From an uncultured delta proteobacterium (GTDB lineage: Bacteria; Desulfobacterota; Desulfuromonadia; Geobacterales; DSM-12255), in the NCBI GenBank assembly GCA_963787125.1, contig CAWBBV010000006.1, positions 64,001 to 128,000 of the forward strand: a stretch of DNA of 64,000 nt, read 5' to 3'. The position numbers and the translations under genes are program-made. The notes under the pieces were generated by a model, which saw only the letters and a program-made list of their open reading frames with translations, made no database searches and was not told where the DNA came from. This document shows, one piece after another, positions 46,264 through 55,658 of this stretch. How positions within the stretch are numbered: position 1 is the stretch's first letter; each line of letters opens with the position of its first letter.

Positions 46264-47409
46264 TAGTGTTTAGTTGCAATAGTTAATATAAGTATTATAC
46301 TGTCTCCATCCCACTAGAGATGGAGGTGTCATATGCCCAGGGTTGCAATAGCGCTAACTTGTGAGCCCAAGGTCGTGCAAGAGCTAGAGCGCATAAGCAG
46401 AAGCCGGACCGAAGAAATACGCATTGTGGAGCGAGTTAAAATCATACTTTACTGTCTGTCCGGTAAGCGCAATGATGAGGTCGCAGCCGAGCTTGATACG
46501 CAAGCGCTGACTGTGGGCATCTGGCGTAAACGCTTTGCGGCTCATGGTCTTTCGGGTTTATACGACAAACCCCGTTCCGGCAAGCCAGCTAAATATCCAG
46601 CATTAGAGTTAAGGCAGCGCATACTCGCCAAGCTGGAAGAGTCTCCGCCAGCAGGTCTGGCGGCATGGGATGGCGGTGCACTGGCTAAAGCATTGGCGGT
46701 CTCAGATGATGTTGTCTGGCGCATACTGCGTAAAAACGGCATTCAGTTGCGGCGACACCGTTCGTGGTGTGTCAGCACTGATCCTGAATTCTCGGTAAAG
46801 TCAGCCGACATAATCGGCTTATACCTGGCACCGCCACAGAAAGCATTGGTACTCTGTATTGACGAGAAACCATCTATACAGGCCTTGGAGCGGTCAACCG
46901 GTTATGTGCAGACAAGCAGCGGTAAAATTGTTCGCGGCCTGAAGAGCACCTATAAGCGGCATGGCGTCATCAATCTATTTGCAGCACTAGATGTTGCCGC
47001 CGGAACTATCCAGTCGAAAACAACTGTAACTAAAAAACGACCGGACTTTCAGGCGTTTCTCGATGATATAGTGTCAACGGTTCCAGATGGTGAAGATATT
47101 CATGTAATTCTCGACAACTACTGTACACACAAGAAAAATGAAGATTGGCTGGCCTTACATCCCAATGTCCACTTCCACTTTACGCCGACCTCGGCCAGTT
47201 GGCTCAATCAGGTAGAAATATGGTTTGGGATACTTAGCCGTAAAACCTTATCTGGAGCCAGTTTCTCAAGCACGGAACAGTTGACGAATTCAATCGAAGC
47301 ATTTATTGCCAGCTACAACGAAACCGCTTCTCCTTTTGTTTGGCGCAAACGAGAAGTCAGAGGCGCTCAGCTTAGAAATACAATAGCTAACTTATGCAAT
47401 TAAACACTA
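46264..47409 (+). mobile_element. IS630 family insertion sequence (intact)
   Basis: Imperfect terminal IRs ctagtgtttagttgcaatagtta / taacttatgcaattaaacactag; TA duplication in a CTAG target; single transposase. Confidence 0.95.
46333..47403 (+). CDS. IS630 family transposase
   Basis: N-terminal HTH (WRKRF..GL.GL.DKPRSG); DDE motifs CIDEK, ILDNY, SWLNQVEIWF. Confidence 0.95.
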   Translation: MPRVAIALTCEPKVVQELERISRSRTEEIRIVERVKIILYCLSGKRNDEVAAELDTQALTVGIWRKRFAAHGLSGLYDKPRSGKPAKYPALELRQRILAKLEESPPAGLAAWDGGALAKALAVSDDVVWRILRKNGIQLRRHRSWCVSTDPEFSVKSADIIGLYLAPPQKALVLCIDEKPSIQALERSTGYVQTSSGKIVRGLKSTYKRHGVINLFAALDVAAGTIQSKTTVTKKRPDFQAFLDDIVSTVPDGEDIHVILDNYCTHKKNEDWLALHPNVHFHFTPTSASWLNQVEIWFGILSRKTLSGASFSSTEQLTNSIEAFIASYNETASPFVWRKREVRGAQLRNTIANLCN

Positions 47410-47583
47410 GTTGTTCCGTCAGGGAACTTGACAAGAATAGACGCATGAGCTGATCCATACAATATCAATGATATGAAAATGCTGAAACATAACCTTTTCA
47501 AAAGTAGCTCCAATCTATATAGGAAGGCTCATAGCTTCTCCAACCGCCTCAGAAAGTTTAATCACCTCTCTGATAGTATTAAG

Positions 47584-48819
47584 TTACTTTTTGCGACAAT
47601 GGCGCTTGAACCATAAAAACGGTCGCAACGGAAGGTATAGCCAAAAAAATGTGTCCGGTAGAGGAATTTCAACAAAATCAGCTGGAATTATCACTAAGTT
47701 GCTGATTAGAGTGGAAATAGGCGTTGCCGGCTTCATCTGTTTTATTCTTAGCGACTGCATTATTCCGGCTAAAACTTTAAATTGCTGAGAAATTTCTACA
47801 GCTGACAAAGTCATCCGAGTCGCTGCATGCAAAGACAGTTTTCTAACTACAGCATCAGAGTAGAATAGTTCCCTGAACTTTTCAGGCGGCTCTATGCCAT
47901 AAATCCATTCGAGAAGCATAGCCGTCTGACCAACTACTTTCTGGAGATCGAAGAAACCGGCTTTTTTTAGCAACGACAACCAATCGTCTGCGGAGAGGTC
48001 CTGCATTAGCATGGCGAGGTCGGAGAGCCATTTAAGACACAACCAGTCATGGCGGGCACCATGATCAGCAAGAAACAGAATATTCGCATCTCTGGTTAAG
48101 TGGCTTAAACTTGCATCAAGCCAGGTTGAGGAGCGGCTTGACTCCCAAAGAGAAGCTACCTGCTCATCAGTCCAGAGGTAACTCCTCCAGTGAAGTTCAA
48201 TATGAACGCACCTGATGTCATTAATGTACTCATGGTGGTGTAGTGTCTTTAGTATGTGGCATTTCTGCCTTTCACCCATCTCATTAAATCCGAGCGCATG
48301 ACGATAACCAGCTTTGGACAAGAGTTCTTCAGCTTTTTCAACATCTTCAGGGTGAACCAGAATGTCCAAATCGCCTGCACTTCTTATGCAATGATCACCA
48401 TATAGCTCCTGTGAAAGAGCCACACCTTTAAGTGGAATCAAAGATATTTCTGCCTCGGCAAAGAGATTTGCTATCTTTTTTAACTCGGCGACCTGGCTTA
48501 AAGCTGATACTACCTGCCGAGTTCTGTGACTTTTCAGAAGTTCCTTTGTTTTAGGAGGGACATTATGCCACCCACGCTGCCCCATAACCGTACAGAATTG
48601 CCCTACCACGCCGTGTCTCATGACCAGTGAAGCAACTTCATCCCAATCCAGAGAGCTATTGGCCAGAGTCGCAACAACTTGTTTCTGTCGCATTGCATGG
48701 ATTTCTCCTGGTACCCACGAACAGGCGGCAACAAACAAAAACTCTGGCGTCAGCTTTAGTTTTTCCGAAACAGGAGGCGAAAAAGAATGAGGTGACTTGG
48801 CAGGTTTCAAAATATTCAT
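47584..48819 (-). CDS. Uncharacterised nucleotidyltransferase (NTP_transf_5-like)
   Basis: PLKGVAL...R.AGDLDILV, IELHW, HGARH.W..LKWLSD. Confidence 0.82.
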   Translation of the reverse strand: MNILKPAKSPHSFSPPVSEKLKLTPEFLFVAACSWVPGEIHAMRQKQVVATLANSSLDWDEVASLVMRHGVVGQFCTVMGQRGWHNVPPKTKELLKSHRTRQVVSALSQVAELKKIANLFAEAEISLIPLKGVALSQELYGDHCIRSAGDLDILVHPEDVEKAEELLSKAGYRHALGFNEMGERQKCHILKTLHHHEYINDIRCVHIELHWRSYLWTDEQVASLWESSRSSTWLDASLSHLTRDANILFLADHGARHDWLCLKWLSDLAMLMQDLSADDWLSLLKKAGFFDLQKVVGQTAMLLEWIYGIEPPEKFRELFYSDAVVRKLSLHAATRMTLSAVEISQQFKVLAGIMQSLRIKQMKPATPISTLISNLVIIPADFVEIPLPDTFFWLYLPLRPFLWFKRHCRKK

Positions 48820-49928
48820 GAGAAGTTTAGTGGTTTTAACTCAATGCCGCTTATTGGGTCATTATTTTTAGTAGCGGCTCTGGTGTCGTTCTTGATATAG
48901 CATTGCACGAAAGACCAGAGGGGACTGTTCGTGTAAAATTGCTGTATTTTGAGATACCCCTCATTAGAAAGCAATAGTTGCAGAATAATAGTTGTGACTC
49001 GAAACAGTCGGTGTTTCTGTGATAAATTATCCAGAAAAACCTTTTTATCCCAGAGCATCTTGATTGCCACTAAGAATCCGTCACGAGCTTTAGTCTCGAG
49101 CAAACCGTCCCTAAAACAGTTTATTGTGAGTTCCTGTATCATGCCAATGCCTTGGCAATCAAATTTAATAGCCAAAGCCACTAAGTGTTGTAAAAACAAG
49201 CGGTTATAATGAGTGGATATCGACTGCGATTTAACCTGGGTTAAACCTTCAATTGAACCAAAATCGGAGAACCCGTTTTCACCATGGATGCGGTAAAAAC
49301 CCAGAGGCTTATCTATCAGCCCAAACTCACGGGCAACAAGCGGCGCTGCAATCATCAGATAGCCATCTGCACAAATTATGTACTCAAGTGGAATTGGATA
49401 AAGCTTTCTCAGCACCGACGTGCGCCATGCAATTCCAGAAGTAGCCGAACCTATCACGGTTAACCAATGCTTATAATTTTCGATTGGTTTTTTTGCAACT
49501 ACCTGATCAAACCACTGCGGGAAAATGCCCCTTTTCTGTTTCGAGTTGTCGACCAGACACAGGGTATGATAAACCACGTCAACAGACTGTTCATTTCTGA
49601 ACTTTTCCAGAACAACGCTTAACTTCTCCGGTTCCCAGTAATCGTCGGCATCAAGAAAAGCAATGAACTCCCCACGGACAATGTCAAGGCCGACGTTGAA
49701 AGCAGATGCCTGCCCACCGTTTTCTTTATAGTGATAGATAACATCAGGAAGGTACTTTTCAACTCGTTGCCGAGTATCATCGGTTGAACCATCGTCTATG
49801 ACTAATATCTCATAAGAATTTCGGGGAAGAGTCTGCTGAAGAACACTGAGAATGGCGTCTTCAATATAAATGCCATAGTTATAAGAATCGATGATAACTG
49901 AAATTATTGGATTATTCTCAACTGTCAT
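48816..49928 (-). CDS. GT2 glycosyltransferase
   Basis: SVIIDSYN, IDDGSTD, NGGQASAFN, FLDADD. Confidence 0.9.
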   Translation of the reverse strand: MTVENNPIISVIIDSYNYGIYIEDAILSVLQQTLPRNSYEILVIDDGSTDDTRQRVEKYLPDVIYHYKENGGQASAFNVGLDIVRGEFIAFLDADDYWEPEKLSVVLEKFRNEQSVDVVYHTLCLVDNSKQKRGIFPQWFDQVVAKKPIENYKHWLTVIGSATSGIAWRTSVLRKLYPIPLEYIICADGYLMIAAPLVAREFGLIDKPLGFYRIHGENGFSDFGSIEGLTQVKSQSISTHYNRLFLQHLVALAIKFDCQGIGMIQELTINCFRDGLLETKARDGFLVAIKMLWDKKVFLDNLSQKHRLFRVTTIILQLLLSNEGYLKIQQFYTNSPLWSFVQCYIKNDTRAATKNNDPISGIELKPLNFS

Positions 49929-49988
49929 TTCTATCCTAAGATTAAGACTTTTTTTGATACTGGAACAGAACCAACTCTCGAGAACAGA

Positions 49989-50957
49989 TTAAAATTTAGA
50001 CTTGAGCAGGCGCAAAGGCTCTGTAATCCGCCAGCTACTTGAAGCGTATACTGCGGCCAAAGTCCGTTGGCTTTCTGCCAACAGCTTATCGTAGAATAAC
50101 AGTTTACTCTTCATATCTGCAAATGCCGCTGCGTTTATTGTCACGCAATTGCGTTCATTGTTATCTTGCGGATACAAGAGACTCTGAACAGAATGTCGGA
50201 GTATAAAATGAACTATTTCTGAACAGTTATCCATCTCGTTCGCTTCCAGAGCGCCCAAGAGTCGATCCGATAAGAGTAGCGCCGAAGGGTTCTCCAGTAA
50301 AAGGCCTTTAAGGCTCCCGATAAACCTGGCACCAAACAGTTCCAGATGCTGTTCCCAGCTGGAATAATGTTTTACATGGTATGCAACAGAGGATATCAGG
50401 CGTTTTACAATCACTCCTTTCGATAGAAGTACCATTGGCAGCCAGTAATCCCAATATGGCAAGCCGAGATAAAAGTCAGTCTGTGGGAATAAAGTAATCA
50501 GTTGCCGGTCGAAAAAGAAATAATCAAATCCAAGGCAGTATTCATATCTTTTTTCATCGTAATCACTCTCTACGTCGATACGTGAACCGAATACCATTCC
50601 ATGCTCAGCACTTTCAGCTATGAAGGAACTAAAATCACTCCCCACACGGAAACATATATCAGAATTAACAATTCCGCAGACGCGACTGGAAGACTCAGTT
50701 AGGAGCGAAAGCATAAAATTGATTGAAACATTCGGACACTCACGTTGTTCAGTTTCCGGCAGCACAACCGGCGCAAAACGCACTCCCGGAAATTCTGCCT
50801 GGAGATGGTCCACTTCTCCGATAACATTTACTGATACTACTTCAAAACCAAGTTTAAGCCAACTATCGATAGCCGCCCGCTGCGCCTCAATACGCATAGG
50901 CATTATGCTTGTCGCAATAGTGATTTTATCGATGACCACCTTTTCAGTCATCAACAA
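49989..50957 (-). CDS. Hypothetical protein, possible GT-A fold glycosyltransferase
   Basis: GIVNSDI, GFDYFFF, LGLPYWDYW; C-terminal SSSWRITEPLR motif common in polysaccharide-locus proteins. Confidence 0.55.
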   Translation of the reverse strand: MLMTEKVVIDKITIATSIMPMRIEAQRAAIDSWLKLGFEVVSVNVIGEVDHLQAEFPGVRFAPVVLPETEQRECPNVSINFMLSLLTESSSRVCGIVNSDICFRVGSDFSSFIAESAEHGMVFGSRIDVESDYDEKRYEYCLGFDYFFFDRQLITLFPQTDFYLGLPYWDYWLPMVLLSKGVIVKRLISSVAYHVKHYSSWEQHLELFGARFIGSLKGLLLENPSALLLSDRLLGALEANEMDNCSEIVHFILRHSVQSLLYPQDNNERNCVTINAAAFADMKSKLLFYDKLLAESQRTLAAVYASSSWRITEPLRLLKSKF

Positions 50958-51000
50958 GCCGCCACTCTAAAAAGTTCATCAACCACCTCAATCAATCTCA

Positions 51001-51170
51001 TTATTTTACAATCACCTTCAATGTTTTCATGATCAGCTTGAAATCAACCCACAAGGAACGCTCACCCACATAGCGCTGGTAATAGCGGAGCTTGAAGCGT
51101 TTTCATCCTTGTATTCAATGGAAGCATAATCAGTAATACATTGGAGGAACCGACAATATTGATTCTGGAG
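51001..51170 (-). pseudogene. C-terminal relic of a second phosphoglycosyl (sugar) transferase
   Basis: Frameshifted ILSVPP/ITDYASIEYKDEN/KLRYYQRYVGERSLWVDFKLIMKTLKVIVK*. Confidence 0.75.
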
Positions 51171-51214
51171 TCAACCATCAGGGACTGGAAGTGCAAATCC
51201 AATCATTAAAGACT

Positions 51215-51775
51215 TTAATGCTGAACACCCTCTTTTTTTACTACCTTAATAAAGGTCCTTAAGATGATGCGCAAATCCATAATAAAAGATCGATTATTGA
51301 GATAATATTCATCAAACTCTACCTTAACTGGAATCGGCAGTTCATCACGTCCGTTGATCTGCGCCCATCCAGTCAAACCTGGGGTTATACGATGGACACC
51401 TTTTACGGTCCGAAGTGCTATCAAATCATCCTGATTGAATAATGCCGGACGAGGACCTACTATGCTCATGTCGCCTGTAAGAATACTGATGAGTTGAGGG
51501 AGTTCATCAAGGCTGGACTTTCGCAAAAACTTACCAATTGGCGTCAGCCAGCGATCAGGATCACCAAGCAGGTGCGTTGCTACAGCAGGAGTGTCAATCC
51601 GCATGGTACGAAATTTGGGCATTCTAAAAATAGCGTTATTACGACCAACCCTGTCAGACCAATAAAAGATTGGCCCTGTTGAAGTTAACTTGACGAGTAG
51701 CGCAACAATCAACATCGGAATGGTGAGAGCAATAAAAGCAAGACCCGAACAGCCGATATCAAACAAACGCTTCAT
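51215..51775 (-). CDS. Bacterial sugar transferase (initiating phosphoglycosyl transferase)
   Basis: MKRLFD, KFRTM, LRKSSLDELPQ, GDMSIVGPRP, PGLTGWAQ. Confidence 0.92.
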   Translation of the reverse strand: MKRLFDIGCSGLAFIALTIPMLIVALLVKLTSTGPIFYWSDRVGRNNAIFRMPKFRTMRIDTPAVATHLLGDPDRWLTPIGKFLRKSSLDELPQLISILTGDMSIVGPRPALFNQDDLIALRTVKGVHRITPGLTGWAQINGRDELPIPVKVEFDEYYLNNRSFIMDLRIILRTFIKVVKKEGVQH

Positions 51776-51854
51776 AATTGTCTAATAACTCCATAATTAT
51801 AACTATCAATAAAATTTTCTTATTACAGATGAGCTAACATGAATAGCTAAAATA

Positions 51855-52850
51855 TCAGAAGTTTATGATGTCCTTGATCCATCCTCGTAATGAATAGTGA
51901 GCGATGAAATTATCTGATAATTTCGGAACTGGCACTGCTAGGAACTCTTTAGGTATCGTCGGACTATTCCGATCTATTACACAAATCCTAGCTGTATCAT
52001 AAAAATCGTGAGAAGCAATTTGCTTATTAGTGGTTATTAACTTTTTCCCTGAAGCAATAACTTCAAAAGTCCTCATGGTCAATCCAGACTGTTTTGGATG
52101 TTCGATGTCTAGAACTGCAACGCTGTTATTAAAATCGTGAGCAATTGCCTCTGCAGACATTGGCTGGAAAATTAAATGAGTCTCTCCTATTTGTTTCAAA
52201 GACGGATCAAATATTTTTCGCAGAATAAGCTCCAAACGACTTCTAACAAACAACGAATACTTAAACTCTGAAGGTGACTTCCAGGATTTCACTAAACTAT
52301 TGATTACTTTTGGGCGATCTCCATTCAATGTGCCAACAAAGAATACGCCTTGACCGATACTAATCTGGCCATGATTTAGATATTTATCCAAAAAGAACAA
52401 AGGACGGTACTTAAACTGAGGAACTTTTTTACAATCTTCGGGATCAAAACTGGATAAACTATCAAAGTATGGAAATTTAAGTTGAATATACTTGCAATTA
52501 ATGAGGCTGTCCCAGAGATGGAGAATCATGCGAGCATTAGGATAGCGATTTTTCAGGTGTTGAAGGAAATTCGGAGAAAACCCCTCTCCCTTGACGACAA
52601 AAATAAAATCACACGTTGCTGGACCTTTCTCGTTAAGCCATGAGATGAAATAACGGTCTGCAAATTTCCATGCCAACTTCGGGAAGAGTCTGAAAATAGC
52701 CTTAACCCAAGGGTGTTCTGACGGCAATTGTCCGTGGAATGTTACTTCTGCTCCAAGCAGCTCCAATTCACTAACAATTGCATTCTCATATCCAAATGTT
52801 TTAGGACAGATAAAGATGACTCTTTTCCCTGCTAAAAAAACGTCCTTCAT
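51855..52850 (-). CDS. Putative polysaccharide biosynthesis glycosyltransferase (GT-B-like)
   Basis: LWDS, SFDPED, LDIEHPKQSGLTMRTFE..KLITTN; locus context. Confidence 0.6.
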   Translation of the reverse strand: MKDVFLAGKRVIFICPKTFGYENAIVSELELLGAEVTFHGQLPSEHPWVKAIFRLFPKLAWKFADRYFISWLNEKGPATCDFIFVVKGEGFSPNFLQHLKNRYPNARMILHLWDSLINCKYIQLKFPYFDSLSSFDPEDCKKVPQFKYRPLFFLDKYLNHGQISIGQGVFFVGTLNGDRPKVINSLVKSWKSPSEFKYSLFVRSRLELILRKIFDPSLKQIGETHLIFQPMSAEAIAHDFNNSVAVLDIEHPKQSGLTMRTFEVIASGKKLITTNKQIASHDFYDTARICVIDRNSPTIPKEFLAVPVPKLSDNFIAHYSLRGWIKDIINF

Positions 52851-53374
52851 TCACGCACCTTAACAACTGCCGGGACTCCTATTGCAAACCCATTCGCTGG
52901 AACCGATACAGTTAGCAGTGAATTAGAGGCCACCACTCCCTTCTTTCCAATACGAATTCCACCTAACACCTTTGCTCCAGATCCAATAACCACATCATCT
53001 TCAAGGACAGGTCTTGTTTCAGGAGTAAACCCCAGATCAGCAAACTTAGCACCAAGAGTTACACCTTGAAATATTGTGACATTACTTCCCAACTCGGCAG
53101 CACCAATGACCGTTCCTGAGGTGTGCGGAATCAAAAGCCCAGGGCCGATCTTGCAGCGCGGAGTTACTTCCAGCCCAAACAACATTACATTTGCAAGTGA
53201 AAATACCATACTTAATGGGCGAAACAGTCTGGAACCATGGCTCAACCGCGAAAGGCGGAGGAGCAAAACCGGCACAAATCTCGGATGGATTAGTTTGATC
53301 CACAATCGAAGCCCAGTAGATTGGCCAAGTCGCAACAAATCCGCCTTAACAAGTGATACAAATGTTTCTTCCAT
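52847..53374 (-). CDS. Serine acetyltransferase-like hexapeptide O-acetyltransferase
   Basis: IGPGLLIPH, TIFQGVTLG, IGSGAKVLG, GVPA. Confidence 0.82.
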   Translation of the reverse strand: MEETFVSLVKADLLRLGQSTGLRLWIKLIHPRFVPVLLLRLSRLSHGSRLFRPLSMVFSLANVMLFGLEVTPRCKIGPGLLIPHTSGTVIGAAELGSNVTIFQGVTLGAKFADLGFTPETRPVLEDDVVIGSGAKVLGGIRIGKKGVVASNSLLTVSVPANGFAIGVPAVVKVRE

Positions 53375-53376
53375 TG

Positions 53377-54540
53377 TTAAGCTCCCTTTCCCTGCCCCAT
53401 GAGACCACGTTCTTGAAGTTCTGACACAGATTTCTGATAAGCACCTTTCTCCTCAAGTGGCTGAGTTTCAGCCCACGCAAGAAACTTATGTAAGCCTTCG
53501 CGAAATGAAACGGATGGCTTTAAGTTCAGCACCGATTCCAGTCGACTGGTTGCTGCCTTATTGTGCCTTATATCACCAAGTCTGAAAGCACCAGAAACTC
53601 TGATGTCTGACTTGTTGCCAAAATAGCTGTTTATCTCCCTGGCAACAGTAATAACTGGTACAGCTTCGCCGGTACCGACATTCAATGCACCTACAAAAGG
53701 ACCATCGTGCATTACCGCCCGCATGGTCGCTTCAACAACATCATCAATATATACAAAGTCTCGCGACTCCAAGCCGTCTTCATAAACGTCAATCGGTTGA
53801 CCTTGACGTGCCAGGTTGGAAAACACTGCCAAGATACCGGTATAGGGATTTTTCAGAGATTGCCCAGGGCCAAAGACATTTTGATAGCGCAATGCAAAAG
53901 CATTTAGACCATTTGTGCGGGCATGCATTAGAATAACCTGCTCCTGCACCTGTTTTGTCAGGCCGTATACCGACATTGGGCGGAAAGGAGCCGTTTCTTC
54001 TGTATCAGCCAGTGAAACAACCTGGCTACAGTACGGACAATAGACTTCGAAATCGCCGGAAGAAAGTTGTACGTTTGAACGTGAATCAGGAAAAACAAGA
54101 CCATGCTCGGAGCAGGTATAACTCCCTTCACCATAAATGGCACGACTGGAAGCAACAACTAAAGAACGAACAGAACTCCCTGACTGGTTGTTTTGCAAAA
54201 CATCTAGGAGGTTAGCCGTACCTTGAACATTTACGTCAAAATAGCGAGATATTTCATACATTGATTGGCCGGTGCCAGTTTCAGCCGCAAGATGAACCAC
54301 AGTATCTACACCATCCAAAGCGAGTTCGAGGCTTTTTATGGATGTCACGCTATCACGAATAAATTCGACATCAACATTATTAAGCCATTCGAGACTTTGA
54401 GGGACTTGCCCATGAATCTGAGGTGACAAACTGTCCAGAATACGAATACTACAATTTGTTTTAAGGAGTCGCTTGATTAAATAGGTGCCAATAAACCCGG
54501 CGCCCCCAGTTATAAGTATTCTTCTTACAGATAAATCCAT
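53377..54540 (-). CDS. NAD-dependent epimerase/dehydratase
   Basis: GGAGFIG, HLAAETGTGQSM, YGLTK, RYQNVFGPGQ. Confidence 0.9.
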   Translation of the reverse strand: MDLSVRRILITGGAGFIGTYLIKRLLKTNCSIRILDSLSPQIHGQVPQSLEWLNNVDVEFIRDSVTSIKSLELALDGVDTVVHLAAETGTGQSMYEISRYFDVNVQGTANLLDVLQNNQSGSSVRSLVVASSRAIYGEGSYTCSEHGLVFPDSRSNVQLSSGDFEVYCPYCSQVVSLADTEETAPFRPMSVYGLTKQVQEQVILMHARTNGLNAFALRYQNVFGPGQSLKNPYTGILAVFSNLARQGQPIDVYEDGLESRDFVYIDDVVEATMRAVMHDGPFVGALNVGTGEAVPVITVAREINSYFGNKSDIRVSGAFRLGDIRHNKAATSRLESVLNLKPSVSFREGLHKFLAWAETQPLEEKGAYQKSVSELQERGLMGQGKGA

Positions 54541-54565
54541 ATTTGGCTCCTAAAATAAAGATGTA

Positions 54566-55570
54566 CTATAAACCTGACACTTCTTTATATACTCTCAAAT
54601 GCTCCTCAGCTGCCCTATCCCATGTAAACAGCTGTGACCGCTTCAAACCTTTGTCAATAATCTCGTTTCTGAAACTATAGTTTTCTAAAAGCAATATGGC
54701 GTTAGAAATACTATCAAAATTAAATGGATTTATTAGAATGCCTGCATTTCCGACCACTTCATGAACAGACGGGATATTAGAAGCTATCACAGGACATCCT
54801 GCACTCATTGCTTCAATAGGGGGAAGACCAAATCCCTCATATGAGGACGTATAAAGCAGGCAATAGGCATTTCTATAAAGTTCATACATACGTTCGGTAC
54901 TGACATGCTCTTCACATACAATAGCTTCTTCAATACCCATACTTTTAAACAGTTCTAGTTCACACTCATTAAATTTTTTGCCTGTACATATTAGTTTTAC
55001 ACCCTCGCGCCAGAGTCCCGACAACAAATAACCTTCTATAGCTCCAGAAAAGTTTTTATAATCATCTCGTCCACCTACATACAGCAAGTAAGGATTACAA
55101 GGTTTAAATTTATTATTCTCTGAAGCGTGCCATGGCGTGCTTAAATTTATACCATGATGTATAACATATATTGGGCATCTGGAACTGAGCTTAGGGTATA
55201 CATCAAGCAAATCATTTTTAGTGCTCTCCGAAATACATATTATGGCATCTGCAGTGAGATAACATAATTTTCTTTCATATAGATTTAGCTTTGAGCCAAT
55301 ACCTTTAGTTACAAACCCCTTTTCATAAATCATATCATATGCCGTAGTTATATTTTTAGCCTTACCTGTTATTGAAGTTCTGAAATGGGAAGAATGAAAC
55401 ACATCGGCGTTAGAAATAACAGGGATTCCCCTTAGTAGCTTACTATATCTCGTCCTACTAACTTCCAGGCCATCAATTTGACATATTCTGGATGTCATTT
55501 CCCTCCAATAAACAGAAGCTCCACCTGTTTTTTGAAGGCTAAAAATGATATCATCAAATTCGATTTTAAT
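54566..55570 (-). CDS. GT4 glycosyltransferase (probable ATT start)
   Basis: YEGFGLPPIEAM; homology extends upstream of ATG 55498 to IKIEFDDIIFSLQKTGGASVYW. Confidence 0.85.
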   Translation of the reverse strand: MKIEFDDIIFSLQKTGGASVYWREMTSRICQIDGLEVSRTRYSKLLRGIPVISNADVFHSSHFRTSITGKAKNITTAYDMIYEKGFVTKGIGSKLNLYERKLCYLTADAIICISESTKNDLLDVYPKLSSRCPIYVIHHGINLSTPWHASENNKFKPCNPYLLYVGGRDDYKNFSGAIEGYLLSGLWREGVKLICTGKKFNECELELFKSMGIEEAIVCEEHVSTERMYELYRNAYCLLYTSSYEGFGLPPIEAMSAGCPVIASNIPSVHEVVGNAGILINPFNFDSISNAILLLENYSFRNEIIDKGLKRSQLFTWDRAAEEHLRVYKEVSGL

Positions 55571-55658
55571 ACTCTACCTCTCTTCAGCCATGTCTGTTAT
55601 AAGTTTAAAGAGCTCAATCTCGGCTTACACGAAAAACAACGAGCAGCAAAATAAATAA

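Larger units (their letters stand above)
44567..47501 (-). pseudogene. Secreted right-handed beta-helix (pectate-lyase/tailspike-like) protein, interrupted by IS630
   Basis: Removing the IS restores one 596-aa frame from TTG 47501: MKRLCFSIFISLILYGSAHA-SILVKFPDGTTSTVPTLASA...; AINKAI..VKLPAG..IGAG beta-helix cap, Asn-rich repeats, C-terminal LLNSW...IFTLPAGF module. Confidence 0.82.

Noticed and set aside
44567..47501. Prophage
   Set aside because: No integrase, terminase, capsid or other tail genes, and the protein has a Sec signal peptide
47584..48819. Lasso peptide biosynthetic cluster
   Set aside because: No precursor, cyclase, peptidase or RRE genes nearby
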